A stretch of DNA of 64,000 bases from Chloroflexota bacterium. Lineage in GTDB: Bacteria; Chloroflexota; Dehalococcoidia; Lucifugimonadales; UBA3495. The notes beneath the pieces were generated by a model. That model made no database searches. It worked only from the letters and a program-made list of their open reading frames with translations, and had not been told where the DNA came from. Position 1 is the stretch's first letter. Each line of letters starts with the position of its first letter. A program made the translations under genes and the position numbers. Positions 29,411-39,760 of this stretch are shown here, in pieces. The stretch covers positions 32,001 through 96,000 of the forward strand of contig JAQBVF010000009.1 in NCBI GenBank assembly GCA_027623675.1, written 5' to 3'.

Positions 29411-29806
29411 ATGGCTAAAACCATCCTTCAAAGCTCTAGGGTGTCCGCGCCCGCCGGGATAATGTCCCAGGGGGTGGAGGTCCAAGCAGGTAAGATGGTG
29501 TTTGTGTCGGGTCAGGTAGCACGAGACTTGGACGGCAGTGTTGTGGGCGTGGGCGATGTCGCGATGCAGACCAGAAAGGTGCTGCAGAACATGCAGGCGG
29601 TGCTGGCCGAGTCCGGGGCCACCATGGACGACGTGGTGAAGGTCACCGTGTTCGTCACGAATCTGGAAAAGCATTTCGCCGATATCCACAAGGTGCGCGG
29701 CGAGTTTTTCAAGAGCGACTACCCCGCCAGCACCATGGTGGAGGTGAAATCACTGGTCCACGAGGACATGCTGATCGAGATCGAGGCCATCGCGGTGATG
29801 CATTAA
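29411..29806 (+). CDS. RidA/YjgF family protein
   Basis: VFVSGQV, DVVKVTVFV, YPASTMVEV, LIEIEA. Confidence 0.9.
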   Translation: MAKTILQSSRVSAPAGIMSQGVEVQAGKMVFVSGQVARDLDGSVVGVGDVAMQTRKVLQNMQAVLAESGATMDDVVKVTVFVTNLEKHFADIHKVRGEFFKSDYPASTMVEVKSLVHEDMLIEIEAIAVMH

Positions 29807-29848
29807 GAGCCGCCGGCCAACAGCTAGCAACCCTTTAGGTAATTAACC

Positions 29849-30120
29849 TGAGTCATCCCGGAGTTTCATCGCGGTCGGCACGCTTCCGGGCAGATGCCGT
29901 CATTTCAACTTCCGTAGAAATGACGCTCGTGCCTAGCAACCACACTCGGTACCTGTCATTCTGATCCTTCCGCAGAGGGAGAAGAATCTCTTTGCTTGAC
30001 TTCAAAGTTGCTAGCGTTCCGCCGGACCAGCAGTTGGTCTACCATCAGCAACGAGATTCCTCGCATCGCTCGAAATGACCAACACGGCGGCATTCACCCG
30101 GCCAACTCCGGAATGACTCA
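29849..30120. repeat. Nested inverted-repeat element (REP/MITE-like)
   Basis: 17-bp outer inverted repeats TGAGTCATCCCGGAGTT / AACTCCGGAATGACTCA (one mismatch) enclosing inner GTCATT..AATGAC and GAATCTC..GAGATTC palindromes. Confidence 0.6.
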
Positions 30121-30474
30121 TGTTTGTTGGCGTGCGAGAACAGGTTCACTGGGCGATGCCATTGGTCCCGCGGCGTCTCGTGGAAGCACTCGATGCCGTG
30201 ACCGCCGGTATTGGGTTTACTGGGGTCCGGGGTTCTTTGCCGTACCTAGATGTTGTTCGAGTCCATCGCCCGAACGACCGGGCAGCCACCCGAATAACCC
30301 GACTGCCGAATACCCCAGGTCTCGAGGGCAAGTCGCCCCATCGTCGAATCAGGGCCGCCAGCCTGGGTCGAAATGATACATGGTATTACGATCGCGGTCC
30401 ATGTCTCCGGTCAGGCTCGGGTGATACAATGAACCAGCCGGAGCGATAGACTCGGCACCCCCCCTTTCCTCGAT

Positions 30475-30547
30475 GGGCCGTTAGCTCAGTTGGCAGAGCA
30501 CCGGACTTTTAATCCGGGTGTCGTGGGTTCGACCCCCACACGGCCCA
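30475..30547 (+). tRNA. tRNA-Lys (TTT)
   Basis: GGGCCGT/ACGGCCC acceptor stem, D arm, CCGGA-CTTTTAA-TCCGG anticodon arm, GTTCGA T-loop; CCA not encoded. Confidence 0.97.
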
Positions 30548-30782
30548 CTTCTACTTCCTCGGTTTTGACAGACACCTAGCCACTGCTTGGTCTGGAGCAT
30601 CAGGCCATACGGCTCGGCGCCCATTGGCTCCCTCCTCGGTGTCGTCAACGGTTCTTTGATAAACGTTGGATCACCCGGTCGCCACGGCGACTCATCCATT
30701 GCAAAGACATCACGATAGGCAGTAGTCATCCGTCCGGGGAAAGACGGCGAGTCAATCTGGCCGGGTAGTATCATATCGAGAC

Positions 30783-31253
30783 ATGATTCTGATAGTGAAG
30801 TTACTATTTGTCGCCCTCGCAGTAAGCCTGCTTGCCGGTTGCGCGACATCCAGAACCATCTCCGGCGCTCTCGATTCCGAAGCAACGAACAACATTGAAG
30901 TAGTCAGGATTATCGACGGCGATACTCTAGATGTCTTGATCTCCGGCGTCCCGCATAGGGTCCGGCTATTTGGGGTCGACACACCTGAGTGGGGAGAGCC
31001 GTGTTACCAGGAAGCAAGCGACCGCCTGCGGCAACTGGCCGGTGACGTAGCGCGTATCGAGGCTGGGCCGAGGGCTGAAGATACCTACGGCAGACTGTTG
31101 TTCTATCTTTATACTCTAGACGGAGAAAGCATTGACGCGACGCTGATCTCAGAAGGCTTGGCTAAAGCCCGGACCGGCGACGGCCAGTACCGAGACCTTC
31201 TGGTCAACCTGGAGGAGGAAGCTAGGACGCAGGGAGTTGGTTGCCTGTGGTGA
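30783..31253 (+). CDS. Thermonuclease (SNase) family lipoprotein
   Basis: LAGC lipobox; IIDGDT, VRLFGVDTPE, DTYGRLL and terminal GCLW. Confidence 0.9.
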   Translation: MILIVKLLFVALAVSLLAGCATSRTISGALDSEATNNIEVVRIIDGDTLDVLISGVPHRVRLFGVDTPEWGEPCYQEASDRLRQLAGDVARIEAGPRAEDTYGRLLFYLYTLDGESIDATLISEGLAKARTGDGQYRDLLVNLEEEARTQGVGCLW

Positions 31254-31278
31254 TTTCGGCGGCCCGGAACGAATTCTG

Positions 31279-31317
31279 ATACGAAAGCCCCCGATGTGAT
31301 ATCGGGGGCTTTCGTAT
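31279..31317. terminator. Bidirectional intrinsic terminator
   Basis: ATACGAAAGCCCCCGAT-loop-ATCGGGGGCTTTCGTAT. Confidence 0.8.
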
Positions 31318-31361
31318 TTCTGCTGGAGATCTGGCCCACTGCCCGGCGACGGGGTGCCCCG

Positions 31362-32804
31362 CTACGACTCGGTGCCGGACAGCATGTACATCTTGCCTCC
31401 GGAGGCGACGGCGACCCTGCCGGTATTGGCGCCGACCGCCAGGCTGGTGATTGGACCGCCGAGATATACCTCCCACAGCTTCAGACCCTGGCTGTCGAAT
31501 AAGAACACCCTCCCATCGGAAGACCCGGCCGCCATGCGAGTGCCGGCGGGGTTAATAGCCACGGCCGTTATCGACGTACCCGCGACATCCACCTGGTTGA
31601 TCAGTAAGCCTTGATTGTTCAGCAGGTAGATCGTGCCGTTCGCCGTTCCAGCTGCCACTCTGGCCCCCGCGTCGGCGACCGCAACATCGTTGACCGGGCC
31701 GTTGACGGCGAGCGAGAAGATTGCGGCGCCGTCGTTGTTCAGCAAAAAAACCTGGCCCGCTTGGGAGCCGACCGCCGAGCGCGTGCCGTCGCCCGAAACA
31801 GCGGAGCCGTTAACCTGCCGGACTTCACCCGCCGGCGTCTCAAATATCCAGCGCTGCAGACCATCGGCGTTCAGAGAATGTGAATTCTGGTTCGCTGTCC
31901 CAACTGAAATCCGGCCCCCGTCGCCGGAGATGCCAACGTCGCTGACCGGGCCGCTCACCGCGACCGACCATAATTTGAACGGTCGTTCGTCCAGGAGATA
32001 CGCCGTGCCGGACGTGGTTGCCGTCCCTTGATCATCCGAGAATCCAGCCAAGATGCGGTTGCCGTCCAAGTCCATAGCCAGGCCAGTGACACTGCGCTTA
32101 ACAACCCCAGGCGAAGCGTCTGCCGCACCGTCGTAGGTCCAACTCAGGACCCCGTTCGCGTTCAGATAATAAACGGCGCCGGATGATGTCCCGGCCACCG
32201 AAGTCTGTCCGTCACCCCTCATGCCCACCTGTCCGATAGTTACCCCTGTGCCACTGGCCTGGAAGGTCCATAGCAGTTGGTTCGGCGTTGGGGTCGGTCC
32301 CGGCACAGGCGTTGGAGTAGGCGTGGGCGCAGGCGTTTTGGTCGGTTCGGGAGTACTGGTTGGCGAAGGCGTGGGTGTATTCACCGGAGTGGGCGCTGGA
32401 GTACTGGTCGGCAGCACGATGGTCGCCGTTGGCGTAGGAACCGGGGTGTTGGTGGCCAGCGGCGTGGGCACATCCGTGGGCTCGGGGGTGTCGGTTGGCG
32501 ATGGCCCGGTAGTTGGTTCGGCAGTCGGTTCGGCGGTTGGGCGAGGCGTTGGCTCCATCGTGGCAGGGGATGTCGGAACCGCCGTCGCCCCGCCGCCCGC
32601 TGTCGGCGCCGGGGTCGATGAGTCCACGGTTGGCGTCGGCGCCAGCGTTCGATCGGCAACGCCAGTCGACGGAGGGGGCGTCTGGGTGAACAAGGCGTTC
32701 GACCCACTGCCGCAGGCAGCGGTGAATAATGCCAGGAGAACGGCTGAGAGGCCGAGTCCCATGGACCGTCTAGACACCACTCTCAGAACAGGAATTCTCA
32801 ACAT
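31362..32804 (-). CDS. Lipoprotein with Pro/Thr-rich linker and WD40/PQQ-like beta-propeller
   Basis: TAAC lipobox, long PT repeats, repeated V..DG..AGS..G.V.L....G..LW blades; start uncertain. Confidence 0.75.
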   Translation of the reverse strand: MLRIPVLRVVSRRSMGLGLSAVLLALFTAACGSGSNALFTQTPPPSTGVADRTLAPTPTVDSSTPAPTAGGGATAVPTSPATMEPTPRPTAEPTAEPTTGPSPTDTPEPTDVPTPLATNTPVPTPTATIVLPTSTPAPTPVNTPTPSPTSTPEPTKTPAPTPTPTPVPGPTPTPNQLLWTFQASGTGVTIGQVGMRGDGQTSVAGTSSGAVYYLNANGVLSWTYDGAADASPGVVKRSVTGLAMDLDGNRILAGFSDDQGTATTSGTAYLLDERPFKLWSVAVSGPVSDVGISGDGGRISVGTANQNSHSLNADGLQRWIFETPAGEVRQVNGSAVSGDGTRSAVGSQAGQVFLLNNDGAAIFSLAVNGPVNDVAVADAGARVAAGTANGTIYLLNNQGLLINQVDVAGTSITAVAINPAGTRMAAGSSDGRVFLFDSQGLKLWEVYLGGPITSLAVGANTGRVAVASGGKMYMLSGTES

Positions 32805-33066
32805 CGCTCCTCACCGCCCAACCACACCTTTACCGGGGGTGTTTCGAGCGATTATAGCAACCTGGCACGTGCTGCCCCCGAACCGTCGCATGCACGTTTC
32901 AAGTTGAATGTTACCGCAACGCCAGGCTGTGGGGTGGGTCGCCGGCTTTGGCCGATCGCCGCTCGGCCAAGCACACCACGGTTGGAACCGTGGCCGCTAT
33001 AATCTCTTTGGGCCATCGCCCACCGAAGTCAGAGCCGGGAGACACGCGTTGGAAGCAGACCCAAAC

Positions 33067-33540
33067 ATGCAAAAGCGTCTCAACCACGCCGTTCAAACCG
33101 GCCTGATATCCGCCGCGCTGGTGGGGGTCAGCATCGGCATCCTGTTTGGCTTGACCCACTCGGTCCAGATCGGAGCGGCGTTGATCGACGCCATCGACAT
33201 CTACGGCGACTCGGCCGCCGTCACCTTTGACACCGGCTCCCCGATGATCGCATCCGTGGTGTCGATCATCCCGGCGGTGATTGGCGGCATCGCCGGAGCG
33301 GGCGCTCCGATCGGCGCGTTGACCCTCGCCAGATGGCTGAAGCTAAGCAGTGTTGTCCGGCTCTTGTCCGGACTGGTCATCGCCGTTGGTGGAGGCGCGG
33401 CGGCGGGCGCCATCATCATCGCCATGATCCCCCGATTCACTGCCGAAGGGGCGGCCCTGGGCGCCGGAGTGGGGACCGTGGCCGGCATCGTCTCCCTCAT
33501 CTCGTTCCAGCTCCATTCCGGTCCGGGCGACAGCTTCTGA
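33067..33540 (+). CDS. Hypothetical Gly/Ala-rich membrane protein
   Basis: Several hydrophobic segments, coding-like codon usage; start uncertain. Confidence 0.55.
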   Translation: MQKRLNHAVQTGLISAALVGVSIGILFGLTHSVQIGAALIDAIDIYGDSAAVTFDTGSPMIASVVSIIPAVIGGIAGAGAPIGALTLARWLKLSSVVRLLSGLVIAVGGGAAAGAIIIAMIPRFTAEGAALGAGVGTVAGIVSLISFQLHSGPGDSF

Positions 33541-33563
33541 TCCCATCTAAGACTGCGGCGCAG

Positions 33564-34949
33564 ATGGGCCGGCACGACCAATGGCCTGATGGCCGAGCCA
33601 GGCTTCTGACACCGTTCTTCCTGCTGGCGGCGGCTTTGCTGGTTGCGTCGTCCGGCTGCGGAGGCTCCCCCACGGCCACCCGTAGCGCCGCGACGCAAGC
33701 GGATCCAGCCGGTGCGTCCAACGTTAAATCTGAGCTTGAGGTCGCCTCTACGCCCACCATCTACGCCTACACTCACCAGAATCCCGACGGCAATCGATAT
33801 CTTGAGGGACGGGGCAATCTGCCCAACGCCCAAGTCCTGGACATAGAGCTTGCCGGCGCCCCCCGGTGGCTGGTGGCGGCGCCCTTCGGTGGCGGGAGCA
33901 TCTGGGTAGCAGCGCTGGAAGACAACACCACCCAGGCGTTCTTGGTGATAGACGGTCAGGCGAAGGAGACAGCCATTTCTCCCGCGTCTCTGCCCTTTGG
34001 CGGTCCTCCGTTGCTCGCCGTGTCGGGCGGCCAGGCGTTTCTGGTGACGGCGCCATCAGACGCAGCTTCGGTGATCACCCACCCGGTCCCCATGGGCGAT
34101 TCGGGCCGGCTGGCGTTCATCGAATCCGGGGGCGATCTAGTGGTCTGGGAGAACGGCCCGGACGGTTTTGAAATAGACCGGTTGGCGGTGGATGCCCTGC
34201 CCGACGCCCGCCTCCTGGTGGACGAGCAGGAACGCGTGCTGCTGCTGACCAAGCCGTCGACACGCTACCCGCACGGCATAGCGGGAGACCGGTTGGAGGC
34301 CACCGCGATCACGCTTCTTGAGACTCAGCCGACTCTGCGTGTGGTGGGCCAGATCGCCATCCCCGGCCAAACCGTGGTGGAGGGCATCTCGCCCATCTGG
34401 GCCGACCTGAACGGCGACGGTCAGCGAGAGATCATCGTCACCCAGAGCGACGCCGAGCAGGGCGCTCAGGTCGTGGTCTACGCGGAGTCGGGGGAAATGA
34501 CCGCGTCTGGGCCGGCGGTTGGCCGCGGCAGCCGCTGGCGGCACCAACTTGCCGTGGCCCCATTTGGCGTGGGCGGCGAGATCGAACTGGCCGAGGTCGC
34601 AACGCCTCACATCGGCGGGATAGCCGGGTTCTACCAACTGGACGGCAGCGACCTAGACCTGGTGGCGCAGCTGGGTGGCGTCACCTCCCACCCATTGGGC
34701 ACGCGCAACCTGGATATGGGCCTGGCGGGAGACTTGGACGGCGACGGCCAGCCCGAGTTGGTGGTATTCGATCAACGGTTCGAGGAACTCACCGCGCTGC
34801 GCCGCACCCGCGACGGAGTTGAGTTAGCCTGGCAAACGCCTGTCGGCGGCACAGCGGCGACCAACCTTGCTTCCGAGGTGTCCGGTGGCGGAATAACCCT
34901 AGGCGTAGGGCGCAAAGACAAGACACTGCGTATCTGGCTCGGCCCTTAG
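33564..34949 (+). CDS. Putative lipoprotein with FG-GAP/VCBS-like repeats
   Basis: Signal ending SSGC; ADLNGDGQREIIV and GDLDGDGQPELVV repeats; TPHIGG; start uncertain. Confidence 0.7.
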   Translation: MGRHDQWPDGRARLLTPFFLLAAALLVASSGCGGSPTATRSAATQADPAGASNVKSELEVASTPTIYAYTHQNPDGNRYLEGRGNLPNAQVLDIELAGAPRWLVAAPFGGGSIWVAALEDNTTQAFLVIDGQAKETAISPASLPFGGPPLLAVSGGQAFLVTAPSDAASVITHPVPMGDSGRLAFIESGGDLVVWENGPDGFEIDRLAVDALPDARLLVDEQERVLLLTKPSTRYPHGIAGDRLEATAITLLETQPTLRVVGQIAIPGQTVVEGISPIWADLNGDGQREIIVTQSDAEQGAQVVVYAESGEMTASGPAVGRGSRWRHQLAVAPFGVGGEIELAEVATPHIGGIAGFYQLDGSDLDLVAQLGGVTSHPLGTRNLDMGLAGDLDGDGQPELVVFDQRFEELTALRRTRDGVELAWQTPVGGTAATNLASEVSGGGITLGVGRKDKTLRIWLGP

Positions 34950-35004
34950 AGCAGCCTGGTAGCATGCGCAGCCCAGTTGGTGAAACTCCTCCCGGCGCGG
35001 CAGA

Positions 35005-36033
35005 TTAAAGCTCGGCAATCATCACCCACATGGGGCCTTTACCCACGTCATAGACATCGCCGGCCTCCAGGACCCCGTCTTCTTTGATGCGGTACGAGGC
35101 CAGTTTGCCGGTGCCCAGTCCCGCGGCGTAGAGGAAGCTGCCTTGGGGGTCGATGGTGAAAGCGCGCGGCACCGCCTCAGTGGGTGTTTGGCCGATGGGC
35201 GCGATGTGTCCGTTGTTCGGGTTTACCCTGAAACCTGCGATGCTGTTGTGCCCCCGGTTGGGCGCGTACAAGAACTTGCCGTTGGGCGTGATCTGGATCT
35301 GGGAACAGGAGTTCTCGCCGTGGTACCCGCTGGGCAGCGTGGACACGGTCTGGGCAGGGTGTAGATTGCCCTTGTCAGGGTCCAAAGTGTAGAGCGTAAC
35401 GCTGCTGCCCTGCTCGTTGGACGCGTAGACCAGGTCCTTCGTCGGATGGAAACACAGATGGCGTGGGCCTTCCATCTCCCGGTTGTTGGTCCGGGTCGGT
35501 GAGAGCGGAGTTAGCCGTCCGGTCTTCTCATTGAACTTGAACTGGAATATGGCGTTGGCCCCTTTCATCGAGCCGTTGGCGATGTGGGGAACGTAGGCGT
35601 ACCGGTTGGTAGGGTCGGTCTGGATGTAATGCGCGCCGATGTCGGTCTCGCGCCAGACCACGGGCGGATCGGCCAGAGCGCCGTCGTCGCCGATCCTGTG
35701 CACCCCAACGGACTTCTGATAGTAGTACGCCGACAGCAGGAATCTGCCCGTCCTGTCTGTGGAGATATGCACCGGGTCCCCTTGAAGCGGGATAGAACCG
35801 ATGGGTGAAAGTCCGCCATTCTTCGGGTCTATATTGAAACTTGAAAGTCCATATTCGTCGGCTTTGCGGCGGCCTGCGAAGAGGTACTTCCGGTCTGGGT
35901 CCATCGCCATGGGAGCCGGGCGTCCCTTGAGTTCCGCGTCACCTAGATGCTTCAGCTTGCCAGTCTTCGGTGTCATGCTGAAGATGGCAATACGATCTTC
36001 TTCCTGAATGGAAAGGTACATGTAGTAAGCCAA
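35005..36033 (-). CDS. Lactonase family protein (6-phosphogluconolactonase YbhE-like)
   Basis: GPRHLCFHP, GKFLYAPNRGHNSIA, PRAFTIDP; TTG start after GGAGG. Confidence 0.9.
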   Translation of the reverse strand: MAYYMYLSIQEEDRIAIFSMTPKTGKLKHLGDAELKGRPAPMAMDPDRKYLFAGRRKADEYGLSSFNIDPKNGGLSPIGSIPLQGDPVHISTDRTGRFLLSAYYYQKSVGVHRIGDDGALADPPVVWRETDIGAHYIQTDPTNRYAYVPHIANGSMKGANAIFQFKFNEKTGRLTPLSPTRTNNREMEGPRHLCFHPTKDLVYASNEQGSSVTLYTLDPDKGNLHPAQTVSTLPSGYHGENSCSQIQITPNGKFLYAPNRGHNSIAGFRVNPNNGHIAPIGQTPTEAVPRAFTIDPQGSFLYAAGLGTGKLASYRIKEDGVLEAGDVYDVGKGPMWVMIAEL

Positions 36034-36304
36034 TGCCTTGCCTCCGCCGGAGTAATGTTGCCGGGCCGGGAATGATGTTACCACTCTATCGGCGAAAATG
36101 CGTACTCAGCGGCTCCATTTTAAGCAACGCGTTGGGCAAAGCGACGCGGGGACCGCCCATGGGACGCAGACTAATAGGCCGGTCTACTGCTATACTGTAA
36201 TGAGCAACAAACGCGCGGCGCTGCCGCGAAACTAGAATGACCGTGCCCATGGGACTGAGAGTGTGACTTGGCTCGGGAACGCAGTCAAGGAGTACGCCCT
36301 CTCA

Positions 36305-38239
36305 ATGAGTTTCCAAAGGTTTTCCCTGCATCCCCTCGTCTTGGCCGGGGTTGAATCCGTGGGTTTCACCAAACCCACCCCCATCCAAGAGCAATCCATC
36401 CCCCCCGCCATGGCCGGACGCGACGTCCTGGGACTGGCCCAAACCGGCACCGGCAAGACCGCCGCTTTCGCCCTCCCCATCCTGCACCACCTGGCCACCA
36501 CCCCCGCCAAGAAAGGCATCCGCTGTTTGGTGATAGCGCCGACCCGGGAGTTGGCCGAACAGATTCACGACACCTTCAATACCCTGGGCGTCCACCTGCG
36601 CATCAAGAGCGTCTCGATCTACGGAGGTGTAGCCAAGGGACCCCAACTGGGCGCCGTGCGCCGCGGAGCGCAGGTGGTTGTGGCCTGCCCCGGCAGATTG
36701 CTTGACCACGTGCAAGCCAAGGACATCAACCTGTCGGGCGTGGAGATATTGGTCCTCGACGAAGCCGACACCATGTTCGACATGGGGTTCCTGCCCGACG
36801 TGCGCCGCATCATCAGCCACCTGCCCGAGAAACGCCAGAACCTGATGTTCTCGGCCACCATGCCCAAGGAGATCCGCTCCCTGGCCATGACCGTGCTCAA
36901 AGACCCGGAGACCGTCCAGATCGGGACCATTGCCCCTGCCAAGACTGTTTCCCACGCGCTCTACCCGGTCCCAGACAAGCTTAAGAAGAACCTGCTCCTC
37001 GCCCTGCTGGCCCAAACGCCCACCGGCCGGGCGCTGGTCTTCACCCGCACCAAGCACCGGGCACGCACCCTGGCATTGGACCTGGCCAAGGAGTCGTATC
37101 GCGTCACAGCCCTGCAGGGCAACATGTCGCAGACCGCCCGCCAGCGCGCGATGAACGGCTTTAGGGCCGGCAACTACGACATCCTGGTCGCCACCGACAT
37201 CGCCGCCCACGGCATCGACGTGCCGGATGTCTCCCACGTGATCAATTACGACTTCCCCAACACCAGCGACACCTATACCCACCGGATCGGCCGCACCGGC
37301 AGGGCCGAACAGAGCGGCGAGGCTTTCACCCTGGCCATCGCCGAGGACCGGTCGATGGTCCGCGAAGTAGAGAGGGACCTGGGCGTCACCATTGAAAGGC
37401 GACGCCTCGATGGCTTTGACTATGGAAGCTTCAAGCCCGAAGACCAGTTCCGCGAACAGCGCCCCGGCCAGCGCCAATCCGCCCCTTATGCGGGCAACGG
37501 CGCACGCTCAAATGGAGCGCGGTCCCATGCCGAAAATGGAAACGGCGCACGACAAGGCGGCCGTTCCGCGGGATACCGTGGCCAACGATCGGGCGACTCG
37601 CGTTTCAATGGCCCGCCGACCAGCGCCGGTCCAGGTCGCAACGAAGACGGCCGCACCCCCAACCCCCGCTCCAATGGGCCGGCATCCGGCGGACAGGCGA
37701 ATGCCGACCGGAACAGCCAGCGCCGAGAGAACCGTGTCGCAGGGGCGCCGGTTAACAGCCAGCCAGTCAGCCGTTCTGATGGTGATGCACCCCGGCAACG
37801 GACCACAGGCCGCGGGGCCGAGCCACGATTCAACGGCCCCAACGTTGACGGTCCTCGCTCAAACGGACGATCTAACGGCAATTCGTACAGCGAGGATGGG
37901 CCTCGCCGGAGCAGCGGCGGACCGCGCCAGAACAGCGCCAACCGCGGCCGGTCCAACGATTACCGGTCAAGCGGCCCCCCTGCGTCGGGTTCTACGCTAG
38001 GCCGCAGCGCCCGCAAGGAAGCTGAAGCCGGAAACCGGGCCAACAACAGTCCAAACGGTCGACGTCAAAACAGCTCTTCCGGCATCTGGAGTGGCCTGGG
38101 GCATTCCGGCGACGATTCCACGCGCGCGCCGGGCGGGTCTCAGAGGCCCGGCGGCAATTCGCCAACCGGACGTCCAGCCCAACCGACCAAGCCACGGGGA
38201 CGCTCCGTTGTCCGCCGCCAAGCCCGCCTGGCTAGGTAG
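36305..38239 (+). CDS. DEAD-box RNA helicase (RhlE-like) with long disordered R/G/S/N-rich tail
   Basis: AQTGTGKT, PTRELA, DEAD, SAT and HRIGRTGR motifs. Confidence 0.93.
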   Translation: MSFQRFSLHPLVLAGVESVGFTKPTPIQEQSIPPAMAGRDVLGLAQTGTGKTAAFALPILHHLATTPAKKGIRCLVIAPTRELAEQIHDTFNTLGVHLRIKSVSIYGGVAKGPQLGAVRRGAQVVVACPGRLLDHVQAKDINLSGVEILVLDEADTMFDMGFLPDVRRIISHLPEKRQNLMFSATMPKEIRSLAMTVLKDPETVQIGTIAPAKTVSHALYPVPDKLKKNLLLALLAQTPTGRALVFTRTKHRARTLALDLAKESYRVTALQGNMSQTARQRAMNGFRAGNYDILVATDIAAHGIDVPDVSHVINYDFPNTSDTYTHRIGRTGRAEQSGEAFTLAIAEDRSMVREVERDLGVTIERRRLDGFDYGSFKPEDQFREQRPGQRQSAPYAGNGARSNGARSHAENGNGARQGGRSAGYRGQRSGDSRFNGPPTSAGPGRNEDGRTPNPRSNGPASGGQANADRNSQRRENRVAGAPVNSQPVSRSDGDAPRQRTTGRGAEPRFNGPNVDGPRSNGRSNGNSYSEDGPRRSSGGPRQNSANRGRSNDYRSSGPPASGSTLGRSARKEAEAGNRANNSPNGRRQNSSSGIWSGLGHSGDDSTRAPGGSQRPGGNSPTGRPAQPTKPRGRSVVRRQARLAR

Positions 38240-38253
38240 CTGCCTTAGCCCAA

Positions 38254-38643
38254 CTAGGCCCGGCGGCCAGCCCTTGTCTTCCTGTTTCCGGTCGCGAGTT
38301 GTACCTTCACGCAGACCCACGCTTGAAACAGGAAGAGCGGCAACGCTAAAACGGCGGTGACACCCATGATTAACACGCCCACCATGGGAAATGCCAGCAA
38401 CGCCGTAGGGATGAACGACAGCAGAAGGTTGCCCTGCCTTTGGTTGGCCACGTGGACGGCGACGGCCATGACCAGCGACTCGCCTACGATTCCACCGATC
38501 CCGATCCCCAGGAAAGCGGCCTCCAGACACTCCAACCCGCCGTCACACTGAGCGCCGGCGATGAACCCGCCGGCGAAGGCCCCGACGACGGCCCCGATGG
38601 ACCCGGCGATGAATGCGGTGACGTAAAGTGTGGAGAATTGCAT
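38254..38643 (-). CDS. Hypothetical membrane protein
   Basis: GAGG RBS; about four hydrophobic segments; CDGGLEC loop. Confidence 0.6.
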   Translation of the reverse strand: MQFSTLYVTAFIAGSIGAVVGAFAGGFIAGAQCDGGLECLEAAFLGIGIGGIVGESLVMAVAVHVANQRQGNLLLSFIPTALLAFPMVGVLIMGVTAVLALPLFLFQAWVCVKVQLATGNRKTRAGRRA

Positions 38644-38769
38644 GGGCCTCTGGTGGAAAGTCTTCAGGTTGCAGGTGCGGTCGGAATCTTACTTCGATTA
38701 TACCCAGGCTCCCGGCCGCTGACGTCGTCCACGAGACCATTTATCGCCGCTATGCCTTGAAACGAAATC

Positions 38770-38801
38770 AAAAAGCGCCCCTGGAGACCGGGGCGCTTTT
38801 T
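38770..38801. terminator. Intrinsic terminator
   Basis: AAAAAGCGCCCC-loop-GGGGCGCTTTTT. Confidence 0.8.
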
Positions 38802-38834
38802 TATTAGCATCGGCCGGACCGGGAGCCGTTTTAC

Positions 38835-39299
38835 TTAGATGAAAGTTTCGTAAAGCGCTCCAACCAAAACCCCGAATATCAGGTGCAGCACCAGGAAACC
38901 AATGGCGGTGCCCATCGGGTATCCCATGGCGAACGGGCCGGGCGCTGCCAGCGTGCCGTCCTTGATCCGCGGGTGCATTGCGGGCATCATGCCCAGAGCC
39001 ATGCCGGTCATCGCCCAATGCGCCGCCCCGAACACCAACCCCCACGCTGCCAGGTTGGCCTCCAAGCCGAAAGCCTGGTATAGCCCTACGTGGGCCAAGG
39101 CAAAGGCCACGCTCATCGTGGCGTGCATCATCGCCCCCGACATATAGGCAATGGTCCGCTCGCCAAACATCATGCTGCCCAATATGTAGAGCAGATTCAT
39201 CTTCATCTGCCCCGGCATCACAAATATTCCCATATACAGAACGGCTGTCATAGCCGCACCGCCGATCAAACCGGCCCAGATCGCCGCTGGATAGTCCAT
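38835..39299 (-). CDS. Hypothetical Met/His-containing membrane protein
   Basis: GGAGG RBS; four TM segments with intramembrane His (MMH, AAHW, VLHLIFG). Confidence 0.75.
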   Translation of the reverse strand: MDYPAAIWAGLIGGAAMTAVLYMGIFVMPGQMKMNLLYILGSMMFGERTIAYMSGAMMHATMSVAFALAHVGLYQAFGLEANLAAWGLVFGAAHWAMTGMALGMMPAMHPRIKDGTLAAPGPFAMGYPMGTAIGFLVLHLIFGVLVGALYETFI

Positions 39300-39760
39300 T
39301 GGGTCCCTCCTAATCGAGACGTTTTCTGTCTCTACTGAACTTTGATGCTCGTCGCGTTAAGAGGTCGCGGACCGGCCCGCTGCGGGTCAGTACCGCGGAT
39401 GACGGAAAGTTGCACTTGGAAGAGGGGGAGTTGGCCGAGCGGGTCGTTTCTGGCGATACCCGAAAATATGGCGGCGATCTGGCCTTCCGGCGGAATCAAC
39501 ATAGCCGGGCGGCACGATTCGCCGAAGCGTCTGTTCGTGGTCTCGTTGAAAGGCCAAGCCGGGATGGTCATCAGCAACGGCACAACAATAACCATGCGTA
39601 CGGGGGAGAATGACCTTGATCGAGGATATGACCGGACCCAGCCACCGACGGCCATGGACCGCCCCTGATCGATCGCTACAATGATGGTGACGGTAGCACT
39701 GGGATGATGACGGCGGCGCTGGCCGGCCAAACGCCGGGAGCGCGGGCTATGTAGCGGCGG

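Noticed and set aside
31251..31320. Read-through of the thermonuclease TGA, which is followed by a hairpin
   Set aside because: GxW is the normal SNase C-terminus, and the hairpin is a symmetric terminator between convergent genes
32280..32660. Repetitive DNA resembling an array
   Set aside because: Encodes the Pro/Thr linker of a lipoprotein; no constant repeat-spacer structure, so not CRISPR
36188..36304. Structured leader or riboswitch upstream of the DEAD-box helicase
   Set aside because: Short hairpins are present but I recognise no riboswitch consensus; an Rfam search would be needed
39332..39730. Minus-strand ORF with a faint PemK/MazF-like stretch (RMVIVVPLL..WPF)
   Set aside because: Other family motifs absent, no antitoxin and no clear start; unsupported
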